From positions 4,512,001 to 4,576,000 of the forward strand of contig OY759599.1 in the NCBI GenBank assembly GCA_963662465.1: a stretch of DNA of 64,000 nt, written 5' to 3'. Each line of letters starts with the position of its first letter. Position 1 is the first letter of the stretch. A program made the position numbers and the translations under genes. The notes beneath the pieces were generated by a model. It was given only the letters and a program-made list of their open reading frames with translations, did not search any database and was not told where the DNA came from. The stretch is from Desulfatiglandales bacterium. GTDB lineage: Bacteria > Desulfobacterota > DSM-4660 > Desulfatiglandales > Desulfatiglandaceae. Below, piece after piece: positions 20,174-30,004 of the stretch.

Positions 20174-22273
20174 TCATTCCTCTTTCGGTACAATCGACGT
20201 GGCCCCGGCCGTATACCCCAGAAGACCGATGGTGGTCCCGTTATGCATGAAGGCCGCCAAAGGCGGTGAAATCATGCCGAAAAGCGCAAGCAGCAGCACC
20301 GAGGTGTTGACGCCAACGGTCATATAAAAATTGTTTTTCACAACGGACATAACCTTCCGGCTCACTTCCCGTGCAAAAACAAGGGACATGAGATCATCAT
20401 TGAGCAAAACCACCCGGGCGGATTCCTTGGCAATATCGGCGGCCCTGGGCATGGATATGCCCACGTCCGCCTTGACCAGGGCCGGGGCGTCGTTAACGCC
20501 ATCCCCCACAAAGGCCACTTTGCACCCTTCATCCTGAAGCCGTTCAAGAATCACGGCCTTGTCTTCCGGCAGTAGTTTCCAGTGAACCTCATCGATGCCC
20601 AGTTCAAGGGCAATGGCCCGTGCCGTCTCCTCCTGATCCCCGGTGAGAACGATCACCCGTTTTATGCCCGTTTCCCTGAGCCGAGCCAGGGCCTTCTTCG
20701 CTTCGGGACGGATGATATCCCGCAACGCAATCAACCCCATGAGCTTCCCTTCCCTGGCCACATAAAGGGTGCTCTTTCCTTCGGACTGGAGTATTTTTTC
20801 CCTATCCAACCCAAGGGTACAATCCACACCTTCGTCTTCCGCCAAAAAATGGAAATTTCCCACCAATACATGACCTGAATCCACAAAAGCTGAAACCCCG
20901 TGGGCGACAATAAAGTCGCATTCGCCAGCTTCATTCACGCAAATGCCCTTTGCGACCGCCGCTTCGCTGATGGCGGCGGCCACGGGATGGTGATAATGGC
21001 TTTCCGCTGCGGCGGCCAGTGCGAGCACTTCATCCGGCGTGCAGCCGTTGAAGCAAACGACGTCCGTGACTTCCGGAGACCCTTTTGTCAGTGTGCCGGT
21101 TTTGTCGAATATGAAGGTGTCCACCCTGGAAACCGCCTCCAGAGCGCCCGCGCCCTTGATGATGATACCCCCTTCGGCCGCCGATTTCATACCCGTTTTC
21201 ACGGCCACGGGACTGACCAGTTTCAGGGCGCAGGAATAATCTACGGTCAATGCGGCGGAAGCCCGACGCAAATCCCGCGTCACACCATAAATCCCCAACC
21301 CCAGCCCCAGCGTCAAAGGCACCAGGCGATCCGCCAGGTTTGCCGATTCCGTTTGAACAACGGACCTGTCCATCAATGATTTCTCGATATACTGGCTGAT
21401 TTTCGCTGTAGTGGCCTCGGCGCCCACGCGCACGGCCCGGATTTTCAACTTTCCCTGCTCGATGATCGTACCCGCGAAGACCTCGCTCCCCAGCGTTGCA
21501 TCCACGGCCAGGGGTTCGCCGGTAATGGACGCCTGGTTCACGGCCGCCGCCCCTTCCGCCACCACGCCGTCCACGGGAATCAGCTCACCGGGGCCGCAGA
21601 TTAACGTATCACCCAGACGTACGTCCCGGATGGGGATACGCGTCTCAACGCCGTCCACTTCGATCCAAGCCCAATCCGATTCCTGTTTGTAGAGGCTCAA
21701 GAGCAGCCTGTCCGACCGATACTCGGTAATACCCTCCAGATACTGCCCGAAAGACAACATGAGGGTGATAATATTGGCCGAAAGATAATCCCTTCGAAGC
21801 AGCGTAAACAACACCGCGCCCGCATCAAGGGTTTCCACGGAAATGCCCCTTTCAAGGAAGCTGCCAGCCCCTTTCGTCAAAACCGGGGCCACGGTGAGCC
21901 AGGTCAAAAGCGCCTTCAGGGGAAAGGGCAGGAAAAAGACTAAAACCATATTGACCCCTACCCGCAACGTGCCGGTAAGATCAGGAGGCGGGGAAAGATC
22001 AAATTTTGTGGTGATGATCTCCCGGGGCGGGTTTTCCAGGATCGAAAGAATTTTATTTCGCGTTTCCGCCTTGCCGTCGAAACGGATCATCACACAGGCG
22101 GCCGGTTTATTCAATCGGACGAATTCGACCCCCTTGAGCGCCTCCATATAGGCTTCCAGATATCGTGCATTTAAAAAAGGATCGCCCAAAAAGGCACTCC
22201 GAATTCGAATCCTCCCGAAGATATCATGGACAATCCTGAGTCTGTTTTTTTTTGCGGGTTCCCGCTTTTCCAT
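20174..22273 (-). CDS. fezB: P1B-6 type ATPase, FezB-like
   Basis: N-terminal GRIRIR, TGE, DYSCALKL, DKTGTLT, HYHHP, GDGVNDAP, HNGTT; start re-called at MEKREP. Confidence 0.8.
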   Translation of the reverse strand: MEKREPAKKNRLRIVHDIFGRIRIRSAFLGDPFLNARYLEAYMEALKGVEFVRLNKPAACVMIRFDGKAETRNKILSILENPPREIITTKFDLSPPPDLTGTLRVGVNMVLVFFLPFPLKALLTWLTVAPVLTKGAGSFLERGISVETLDAGAVLFTLLRRDYLSANIITLMLSFGQYLEGITEYRSDRLLLSLYKQESDWAWIEVDGVETRIPIRDVRLGDTLICGPGELIPVDGVVAEGAAAVNQASITGEPLAVDATLGSEVFAGTIIEQGKLKIRAVRVGAEATTAKISQYIEKSLMDRSVVQTESANLADRLVPLTLGLGLGIYGVTRDLRRASAALTVDYSCALKLVSPVAVKTGMKSAAEGGIIIKGAGALEAVSRVDTFIFDKTGTLTKGSPEVTDVVCFNGCTPDEVLALAAAAESHYHHPVAAAISEAAVAKGICVNEAGECDFIVAHGVSAFVDSGHVLVGNFHFLAEDEGVDCTLGLDREKILQSEGKSTLYVAREGKLMGLIALRDIIRPEAKKALARLRETGIKRVIVLTGDQEETARAIALELGIDEVHWKLLPEDKAVILERLQDEGCKVAFVGDGVNDAPALVKADVGISMPRAADIAKESARVVLLNDDLMSLVFAREVSRKVMSVVKNNFYMTVGVNTSVLLLALFGMISPPLAAFMHNGTTIGLLGYTAGATSIVPKEE

Positions 22274-22328
22274 TTTTGTTTCTCCAAGTCTCGGCAATCG
22301 AAATTTTCGGTCAATCATTCACCGTTTT

Positions 22329-24515
22329 TCAATAGAGCCATCTTCCCACCTGATAAATGACGAAAGCCAACGTGAAGGCAAACGCCATGGACCCAAAGAC
22401 GGCGAAAAGCGTCCACCGCCAACTCGATTCTCTCACCATTACCGCCACAGTTACCATACATGGGGCATAGAGCAACAAAAACACCATCATGGCGATAACC
22501 CCGGGCATGGTCCATTCGGGATCGGCCGCAATCTTCTCACTCAGGCTTTGGGCATTATCCGTTTCAACCTCTCCCATGGAATAGGCTGTGGAGAGGGTAG
22601 AAACAAACACCTCCTTGGCCGCAAAGGCCCCGATCAGCGCGATATTGGCCTGCCAGGGAAAACCGGCGTATCGGGTAATGGATTCCAAAGCGTTTCCAAG
22701 TCTGCCGGCGACCGAATACCGCAACGCCGCCTCACCCTGATCGTCGGCAATTCCGGAAAGCCGTTCTTGAAGCATCGCTTCCCTTTCCCCGGCCGAAATC
22801 CCCCGGCCCCGTTCCGCCACTTCGATTTTGGCCGTTTCGCGTGCGGCCTCGAATCCATCAATGCGATCAGCGGGAAGTTGCGGGAACGTCATGAGGAACC
22901 ACATGAGGATTGAGATGCCGAGAATGACCGTTCCCGCTTTTTTGATGTATTGCCACACGCGATCCCATGTATGGATGGCGACGCTTTGCACGGTAGGCAA
23001 ACGGTAGGGAGGCAGTTCCATGACAAAGGGTGTGGCAGGCCCTCGAATGACGGTGGTTCGAAGGATCTTTGACACCATCAGCACAAAAAACCAGGAGGCC
23101 ATGACCACCGAAAACATGGCCGCGGTGGGGTAGGTCGGAAAAAAAGCCGCAATCAGCACCACGTAGGCCGTTGTTTTGGCGCCGCAAACCATGAAAGGCG
23201 CCGTAAAGATGGTGGCCAACCGCTCGCGCGGGCTCCTGAGGGTACGAGCGGCCATCACGCCCGGAACCGCACATCCGCCCGGAAGCCCCCCCGATATAAT
23301 CAGGGGCATGACGGATGCGCCGTGCAAGCCGAAGGTTTGGAGAACCCTGTCCAACATATAGGCCACTCGCGCCATGTAACCCAGGTCTTCCAAAAAGACC
23401 AGCAGGGAAAACATGATCAGAATGAGGGGCGTAAAACTGAGGACGGCGCCGACCCCGTCAATGATACCGGAAACAACCAGTGATTGCACCAGTCCTTCCG
23501 GTATAAACCGTGTCCCCAATTGGGCCAGATAGGCGAATCCTTCCTCCACCCAACCCTGGGGATAGGCCCCGATGTTAAACGTAACGTAGAAAAGCGCAAA
23601 CAGGACGCCAAGCATAATGAACGGCCCCAGAAAGGCATGGGTCAACACCCGATCCACCTTGTCGGACGCATCGACGCGAAGGTCGTTCTCCCTTGACACC
23701 ACCCCCTGATTCAAAATTGAATTGATAAACCCGTAACGATAATCCGCAATGACCGCCTCCGGATAAATACCCTTGGTTTTCTCCAGACGTTCGGACAATT
23801 CATCCACATACTTTTCAAGTTCCGTCCCAAGTGGACCCGCCTTCTTTCCCGCAGCAATAATCTCACCATCTTTTTCCAAATATTTGACGGCCAGCCATCG
23901 GGCATCATACCGATCCGTCATGAATTGGGATTCTTCGATCCTGCGGCTCATTTCATCCACGGCCGGGTCAAGGTCGGGTCCATAAGAAATTCGAAGGGGC
24001 TTCCATTTCCCCTTTGTTTTTTCAACAAGGGCCTTTATGCTTTTCATCAACTGCTCTTTACCCTTTCCATACCGGGCAACGCATTCCACAACGGGAACCT
24101 GGAGAAGTTTTGAGAGTTTTTGGGAATCGATTTGCATGCCCTTCTTCCTGACCTCGTCCATCATGTTCAAACCGAGGACGATCGGCACACCGATTTCAAT
24201 CAGCTGAATGGCAAGATAAAGGCTCCGTTCCAGGGCCGTGGCATCCAGCATATTAATGGCCGCGTCGGGACGTTCGTCTACAATAACGTTCCTGGCAACC
24301 ACCTCTTCCATGGAATAGGCGGAAAGTGAATAGGTCCCCGGCAGATCCACCAACCTGAAGGTGCAATCACCCATCCGGCAGGAACCCTCCATCCGATCGA
24401 CCGTGATTCCCGGATAATTGCCCACGCGGGCCGTAGACCCGGTAATGGCGTTGAACATGGTGCTCTTTCCACAATTGGGCTGGCCCGATACTGCCACCCT
24501 GATAATTTCGGTCAT
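22329..24515 (-). CDS. feoB: Ferrous iron transport protein B
   Basis: GQPNCGKS, VGNYPGITV, DLPGTYSL, NMMD, FVMELPPYR, LLYAPC. Confidence 0.95.
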   Translation of the reverse strand: MTEIIRVAVSGQPNCGKSTMFNAITGSTARVGNYPGITVDRMEGSCRMGDCTFRLVDLPGTYSLSAYSMEEVVARNVIVDERPDAAINMLDATALERSLYLAIQLIEIGVPIVLGLNMMDEVRKKGMQIDSQKLSKLLQVPVVECVARYGKGKEQLMKSIKALVEKTKGKWKPLRISYGPDLDPAVDEMSRRIEESQFMTDRYDARWLAVKYLEKDGEIIAAGKKAGPLGTELEKYVDELSERLEKTKGIYPEAVIADYRYGFINSILNQGVVSRENDLRVDASDKVDRVLTHAFLGPFIMLGVLFALFYVTFNIGAYPQGWVEEGFAYLAQLGTRFIPEGLVQSLVVSGIIDGVGAVLSFTPLILIMFSLLVFLEDLGYMARVAYMLDRVLQTFGLHGASVMPLIISGGLPGGCAVPGVMAARTLRSPRERLATIFTAPFMVCGAKTTAYVVLIAAFFPTYPTAAMFSVVMASWFFVLMVSKILRTTVIRGPATPFVMELPPYRLPTVQSVAIHTWDRVWQYIKKAGTVILGISILMWFLMTFPQLPADRIDGFEAARETAKIEVAERGRGISAGEREAMLQERLSGIADDQGEAALRYSVAGRLGNALESITRYAGFPWQANIALIGAFAAKEVFVSTLSTAYSMGEVETDNAQSLSEKIAADPEWTMPGVIAMMVFLLLYAPCMVTVAVMVRESSWRWTLFAVFGSMAFAFTLAFVIYQVGRWLY

Positions 24516-24520
24516 CGAGG

Positions 24521-24754
24521 TCAATCCTCCGTTTCACAATCAATGTAATCGGCCTCATTGTTGCGCAGGCTCAGGGTAAATCCCTTCATACGCAGGGCAA
24601 TGGGATCTTTCAAAGGGGCACGGCCCACCACGGCAAACTCGGTCCCGGGAATCAGACCCATATCCCGGATGCGCCGTCCGATCTCACCGTGGGCCCTGAC
24701 CGAACAGATGCGGCCGCGTTGATTTTTCTGCATTCTTCTCATTGACATGGGCAT
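24521..24754 (-). CDS. feoA: Ferrous iron transport protein A
   Basis: RRIRDMGLIPG, APLKDPI, LSLR..EA. Confidence 0.93.
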   Translation of the reverse strand: MPMSMRRMQKNQRGRICSVRAHGEIGRRIRDMGLIPGTEFAVVGRAPLKDPIALRMKGFTLSLRNNEADYIDCETED

Positions 24755-24869
24755 GGCATTCCTCCTTAGGGTTGATCAAACATCGTATCCGCAAAAATCC
24801 CGCAAAACGCTTTCACGGCTTACAACGGAAAAATTTTCGGAAACGGATGCAATCTGATAAACGCGAGAG

Positions 24870-24933
24870 TGTTTTGAGCGTCTAACTTTTTCCCATTGTT
24901 TTGTCAACTAAATTATGTTAGAGCTTTATAATT
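24870..24933 (-). promoter_or_regulatory. feoA promoter with two putative DtxR-type operators
   Basis: TGTTTT-GAGCGT-CTAACT (24870-24887) over the -10 and TGTTAG-AGCTTT-ATAATT (24916-24933); minus-strand TTGACA-N17-TAGACG. Confidence 0.6.
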
Positions 24934-25030
24934 AAATCGCTCCTCCCCAGGTGAATTTCATTGACAAACATGGAAAAATCCACCCATAACAAACCGGAAA
25001 GGCAACACTTAATCAAAGGGAAATCGGCAT

Positions 25031-25630
25031 ATGTTCAAAACATGCGTGATCATTGGCGCACATCGTGAAGAGTTGGCCTTTGGGGAAAAAACAACGAAAG
25101 GCATCAACAAAAGGGGAATCGAAATCATCCGCATACCCGAAGGCATCCCGAACAAACGTTCCAACGGCGAGCTGAAGTCCTCCAAAAGAGCCAACCTTGC
25201 CAATCTGTATTCCCGAATCCACAAAAAAGTATGCGGCAGTTTTGACCTGGTCATCGATCTGCATTCCGGCTTAAGTGAAGAAAAATGGGGTGCGGACATC
25301 TTCTCCGCTGAAAAGGAATTTCTGGATTTCATGGGCGCCGGATCAAAAAAGCTGTTCCAAAAAAAATATCGTTTGCCGGATGCAATCCGTCTGTTCAGGA
25401 TTATCGGAAAACCCGAACGTATATCAAACGTCTTCGACGACCGTTACCCGGTTTGCCTGGCTTTTGTCCCTGAAAACATCATAAACGGAAAGCATTACCG
25501 TTATGTCGGGCTTGAAATTTACCTGACGTCGGAAAAGGGACGCTTGTCGGATTATCGCCTATCACGACGCCTCCTACGAGCTGTCCATGAATGCGCCATG
25601 GGCTATGCCTCACGGAAAAAGAGTTTCTGA
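25031..25630 (+). CDS. Hypothetical protein with M14-peptidase/deacylase-like Zn motifs
   Basis: IGAHREE and DLVIDLHSG; own TTGACA promoter at 24961. Confidence 0.55.
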   Translation: MFKTCVIIGAHREELAFGEKTTKGINKRGIEIIRIPEGIPNKRSNGELKSSKRANLANLYSRIHKKVCGSFDLVIDLHSGLSEEKWGADIFSAEKEFLDFMGAGSKKLFQKKYRLPDAIRLFRIIGKPERISNVFDDRYPVCLAFVPENIINGKHYRYVGLEIYLTSEKGRLSDYRLSRRLLRAVHECAMGYASRKKSF

Positions 25631-25657
25631 TACACGACATGACTTCCGACATTTTAC

Positions 25658-27502
25658 TTAGCAATCGACGCCATTATCACGAACCAACCGGGCGGAATTA
25701 AGCACGACCAGTACAGAACTGACGTGATGGAACAGGGCCGCCAACCACGGGCTCAGGAACCCCATGGTAGCGAGACTGATGCCGACAACATTAAACCCGA
25801 TGGCCCATGCATAATTCTCCTTGATAACGCGGATGAGCTTTTTTCCCTTATGGATGATGGTCAACACGCTTGAGGCATCGTCTTGCAGCACAATAATGTC
25901 GGATGACTTTATGGCCAGATCCGCCTTGGCGCCGCCCATGGAAATGCCCACGTCCGCCGCAACCAGCGACGCGGCATCGTTAACCCCGTCTCCGATCATC
26001 ATTGTGACCCCCTGTGCGTTCAGTTCTTTCACAAGAGCGGTCTTTTCCTCCGGTTTCAAGCCCCATCGACAACCATCCGCTCCGATGAGTTCCGCCACGC
26101 GACGCGCTTCAACCTCTTCGCTATCACCCGTTGCCAACTCGACTCTTTTTACGCCCAAACCGTGAAGTCTTTCCCCGAGGCCCCGGGCATTCTCCCGAAG
26201 CACGTCCCGAATGACGATAGCGCCCGCCACTTTCCCATCAAGGGCAATCCATGTGGGACGCCCTTTGAACCCGACGTCAGAGGGCACGGTCATACCGAGG
26301 CCCTTTATCGTCTCCGCCGGACCTAAAACAACCTTACGGTCCCCCACAAAAGATCTGACGCCCTGGCGCAGGTATTGTGATTCGCGAACGACCAGAGGCT
26401 TTATTCCTTTTCCGGCGGCATAGGTTACAATGGCGTTTGCAATGGGATGATTGAACCCCGATTCAACCGAGGCGGCGATTTGGAGCAATTCCTCTTGCGA
26501 CAATGTCAAGGCTCTTATTTCCGATACTTTGGGTTTTCCCAGGGTCATGGTTCCCGTTTTGTCCAGCACCACATTTACAACCCGACCCGCCATCTCCAGG
26601 GGCGTACCGCCGCGGACCAGAATGCCGCGGCCGCTGAGGCCCCCGATGGCCGCCGCAAAGGCCGTGGGAACGGACAGCGCCCAAGCGCAGGGACAAGCCA
26701 CCGCGGTCACGGCGGCCATGCGCATAAGGCCCGCGGCAACATCACCGGCCAAACCGCCGGAGAAGAAAAATACACCGATTGCATAAAAAACCACGCCGGG
26801 AATGAAAAATTGAACAATGCCGTCCGCCATACGCTGGGTTTTGGACTTTTCTTTCAGGGACTCGGTTATTTCCTTGGCCATAACATAAAGAAATCCCTTG
26901 TCCCCCGCTTTGGAAGCCCGTACTTTCAACTGGGAGGTAAGGCTAACGGCGCCCGACACAACCGGGGCGCCGGCCTCCTTGAATACGGAAAAGGGTTCAC
27001 CGGTAATGACGGATTCGTCAATGGAAGAAGCACCCTCCACGATTTCTCCATCCACCGGTATCATTTCGCCTTCCGGCACAATGACCAGATCGCCCCGGAG
27101 AACCTGTTCAACGGGCAATTCCATGATCTTGTCTTCCCTCACGACCCGAACCACCTTGTCCCTTTCGTTCGTAAGGATTTCAATCCGCCGACGCGTCCTT
27201 TCAATGACCGCAAGGGAAACGGCAAGCCCCATGCTGATAAACCAGGCCACCAGCGCACCGCTTAAGGGTTGTCCGGCCAAAAACGAGACCACCATCACCG
27301 TTACCACCAGCAAGTCCGCCGTAACCCTTCGAGTCTTTAGCAACGCAAAGAGCAATGCCTTGGCGTACATGGTCAAACAAATAAAATAAAAAATCAGTGC
27401 AAACCCCATCATCGGTTCAAAGCCCGTCCACTGATGTGCAACCAAGCATATAACGGCGACCAACGCAACAAGGGTTCTGATGATAAACGCTTTCGCGGAC
27501 AT
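25658..27502 (-). CDS. P1B heavy-metal ATPase (ACPCAW, FHHVSS), no N-terminal metal-binding domain
   Basis: TGEP, CPC, DKTGT, NHP, GDGVND. Confidence 0.9.
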   Translation of the reverse strand: MSAKAFIIRTLVALVAVICLVAHQWTGFEPMMGFALIFYFICLTMYAKALLFALLKTRRVTADLLVVTVMVVSFLAGQPLSGALVAWFISMGLAVSLAVIERTRRRIEILTNERDKVVRVVREDKIMELPVEQVLRGDLVIVPEGEMIPVDGEIVEGASSIDESVITGEPFSVFKEAGAPVVSGAVSLTSQLKVRASKAGDKGFLYVMAKEITESLKEKSKTQRMADGIVQFFIPGVVFYAIGVFFFSGGLAGDVAAGLMRMAAVTAVACPCAWALSVPTAFAAAIGGLSGRGILVRGGTPLEMAGRVVNVVLDKTGTMTLGKPKVSEIRALTLSQEELLQIAASVESGFNHPIANAIVTYAAGKGIKPLVVRESQYLRQGVRSFVGDRKVVLGPAETIKGLGMTVPSDVGFKGRPTWIALDGKVAGAIVIRDVLRENARGLGERLHGLGVKRVELATGDSEEVEARRVAELIGADGCRWGLKPEEKTALVKELNAQGVTMMIGDGVNDAASLVAADVGISMGGAKADLAIKSSDIIVLQDDASSVLTIIHKGKKLIRVIKENYAWAIGFNVVGISLATMGFLSPWLAALFHHVSSVLVVLNSARLVRDNGVDC

Positions 27503-27557
27503 GTAGTATCTCCCTTTTTAAGCCGGCGGAACGGCAACCATTCCGCCGTTTGCCGCG

Positions 27558-27746
27558 TCACGACCGTTTCCCATGATGCGGCTGATACAGGTTGTAGTGC
27601 CACACGGAAAAACCGACCAGCGCCACGCCGGCCCAGGTATGCAACGCCCTATTCTGTCGGCCCCTTCCAAGCGCCGTCCAGGCAAGAACGCTCAGAGAAA
27701 CCACCATCCCCGACTTGACCAAGTCTTTTGCGGTACTTTTTTCCAT
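27558..27746 (-). CDS. Small two-TM protein, fez-cluster type
   Basis: MEKSTAKDLVKSGMVVSL...LHTWAGVALVGFSVWH, with intramembrane His residues. Confidence 0.65.
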   Translation of the reverse strand: MEKSTAKDLVKSGMVVSLSVLAWTALGRGRQNRALHTWAGVALVGFSVWHYNLYQPHHGKRS

Positions 27747-27756
27747 AACGACCCAC

Positions 27757-28167
27757 CTACTCACCCTCCGGGGCATGCTGCATTTCGGCCCTGACGTCCT
27801 CAAATTTTTCTTTTATTTCCTGAACGCCCCCCTGGACCGCGCCAATGACTTTGGCGGCACCCTTGATCACGCTTTTCTGTACGGTGTCATTGGTTACCAG
27901 CAATGCCGCGGCAGCCCCCAACAGCGCCCCTTTCCAAAACTGTTGATCCCGAAAATTCATTCCCAGAAAACCCACGCCCGCCGGCGCGGCCTGAACCTGG
28001 AAACTCTGTTGTGGAACCATTCCGTACTGATTGGCTTCATAGAGCGGTTCGTGGCTCCGGGGATATGAAAAAGCCCCTTCGTTACCGGGGGCCACCATGC
28101 CCTGTTGCGGCTGGAAATTGGGCGGTTGCTGCGTATTCATGGGGTAAGACGGATGATGTTCACTCAT
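27757..28167 (-). CDS. YtxH-like GxxxG membrane protein
   Basis: Disordered Q/P-rich N-terminus, FWKGALLGAAAALLVTN, C-terminal amphipathic helix. Confidence 0.75.
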   Translation of the reverse strand: MSEHHPSYPMNTQQPPNFQPQQGMVAPGNEGAFSYPRSHEPLYEANQYGMVPQQSFQVQAAPAGVGFLGMNFRDQQFWKGALLGAAAALLVTNDTVQKSVIKGAAKVIGAVQGGVQEIKEKFEDVRAEMQHAPEGE

Positions 28168-28252
28168 GATATGACTCCTTCTCATTTAAAAAAATTTGCA
28201 AAAAGATGATGGTTAACCTGTTGCGATTCAGCGTTTTCAAAACGCGACGGGA

Positions 28253-28618
28253 TTATTTCTTCAATACGGTTACGGACTTTTCGGATGCCGATTTACCCAC
28301 CGAATTCAGCACATAACCGACGCCTGTCGCCGTTGCAATCAGAAGCGCAAAAGACGCGAAACTGCCGAAACGCACCGATGATGCCACGGCAGTCCCGGCA
28401 GCGGTCGCAACACCGATCCCCGCGCCTTTGGCCAAACTGTCCACAAAAGCCTGTTTCGGACTCATCGAATCATCCTGAACCTTGTGCAGGTTCAGTGCAA
28501 GAGACGCCGTTCCCCCTACGATAGCGCCGAAAAGACCGGCATTCATGATGGTATTGGGATAAATGCGGGTTGACGGGGTTACAATCTGATACTGTTGTGG
28601 ACTCGGATGTTTTGTCAT
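28253..28618 (-). CDS. MamC-like Gly/Ala-rich membrane protein
   Basis: GLFGAIVGG, KGAGIGVATAAG, ATATGVGY. Confidence 0.7.
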   Translation of the reverse strand: MTKHPSPQQYQIVTPSTRIYPNTIMNAGLFGAIVGGTASLALNLHKVQDDSMSPKQAFVDSLAKGAGIGVATAAGTAVASSVRFGSFASFALLIATATGVGYVLNSVGKSASEKSVTVLKK

Positions 28619-28714
28619 AATGGACTCCTTAATCGTTTATTTCATTTAAGCCGAAGGCCCCATGGCCAAAATCTTCATGGGATTTCTTTTCCGCCGCAAG
28701 TCGCGTGCCCGCGG

Positions 28715-29563
28715 CTATTGGCGCTTCTTTGTTTTGGTTTCGGTTTCCGATTTTTCCGTGGGCGAGTCCCGCGTTTCAGGCGGCTGCACGGTTTTTGCCG
28801 ATGCCCCGCCGAAAACTTTGCCCACACTCTGCTTGACCATGTCGCTATTGAGCACCAAAGCCACGAGTGCACCCGCCAGCGCCCCTTTCCAGAACTGATC
28901 GTTCCGGAAATTGAGGCTGAAAATGTCTTTGACCATATCGCCGGTGGTGGCCTCGCCTTGAACAAAACGGCTCACCATATCGGCCATCTGTCCGAAACGA
29001 TTCTCATCATGTTCCACGTGTTTGGCATCGGCGCCCATATGGCCGAAACCCCGTCCGGATTCCGCGGGGTTCATCGGGGGATGTATATCGGGACCTTGGA
29101 AAGGCATCATTCCCGGATGACCCACCTGCGCATATGGGGGAAAATACGAACCCTGCTGCACCTGATGGGGCGGGAATGGAGGCGCAAAATGAACCGACGG
29201 AACCTGTTGCGGCTGATATTGCGGCGGCATCCGCGGAGGTTGTTGATACGGCTGATTTTGAGGTTGGTATTGGGGTTGTGCCTGATACTGAGGCTGAACT
29301 TGCGGTGGCTGCTGATACTGAACCCGGGCTTCCGGTTGTCCCATGGTTGCCTCTGAAAATCCGGCGGGTCCACCATCCATACAGCTTTGCCCGCCCACCG
29401 TCGCCGCTCCTGTTTCATGCTCGCAATCGCAAGATTCAGCCGCGGCTTCCAAACCACCGGCCTGCCCTGCTTCAACATTTCCGGAAAAACCCGTCCCGGG
29501 CATCTGTTCCTGATTTGAGCCTGCGCCCCCTGTTCCCGGCTGAATTCTTTGTTCCTGTTCCAT
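28715..29563 (-). CDS. Q/P-rich low-complexity protein with a C-terminal GxxxG helix
   Basis: PQYQ repeats; NFRNDQFWKGALAGALVALVLN is paralogous to the 27757 protein. Confidence 0.75.
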   Translation of the reverse strand: MEQEQRIQPGTGGAGSNQEQMPGTGFSGNVEAGQAGGLEAAAESCDCEHETGAATVGGQSCMDGGPAGFSEATMGQPEARVQYQQPPQVQPQYQAQPQYQPQNQPYQQPPRMPPQYQPQQVPSVHFAPPFPPHQVQQGSYFPPYAQVGHPGMMPFQGPDIHPPMNPAESGRGFGHMGADAKHVEHDENRFGQMADMVSRFVQGEATTGDMVKDIFSLNFRNDQFWKGALAGALVALVLNSDMVKQSVGKVFGGASAKTVQPPETRDSPTEKSETETKTKKRQ

Positions 29564-29656
29564 AAAATTTCTCCTTACGCTAAAAAATACAATAAAATAT
29601 CAACACGGCAAACTTATCGCCCAATGCGGTATAAGCGCCGCCGGCCCCTGTTCCCA

Positions 29657-30004
29657 CTACCCTTTTTTCCCGCCGAACAGGGCCCGAAAACGACTGACGA
29701 TTTTCGGCGCCAGATCCGGTCGTTTCCCGACTTCTCCCAACCCGACCCACAGGTCATGGGGAATTAGTTTTTCGTCATAGTCAATGATGACGGACCGCCC
29801 AATACTATTGACCCGCGTACTTTTAATGCCCGGGATTCGAATCCCGTCCATCGCAATACCGCGACCGTTGACGGCTCTCGCACCTTCAAGCGAAATTTTC
29901 AGCCGTATTCGGCCCGGAATGTGATGGACGATGGTCGCATAAGGCGCGATTCTCAAAAGTCCGTCAATCATCCGTTCATCTTCAATGTCATCAATGGATT
30001 TCAT
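29657..30004 (-). CDS. HMA-like (FezC-type) domain protein
   Basis: IVHHIPGRIRLK...PGIKSTRVN..GRSVIIDYD. Confidence 0.8.
   Translation of the reverse strand: MKSIDDIEDERMIDGLLRIAPYATIVHHIPGRIRLKISLEGARAVNGRGIAMDGIRIPGIKSTRVNSIGRSVIIDYDEKLIPHDLWVGLGEVGKRPDLAPKIVSRFRALFGGKKG

Noticed and set aside
28253..28618. Magnetosome island suggested by the MamC-like protein and two feoB genes
   Set aside because: No recognisable mamA/B/E/K/M/O/P/Q or mad genes; the context fits fez-type clusters.
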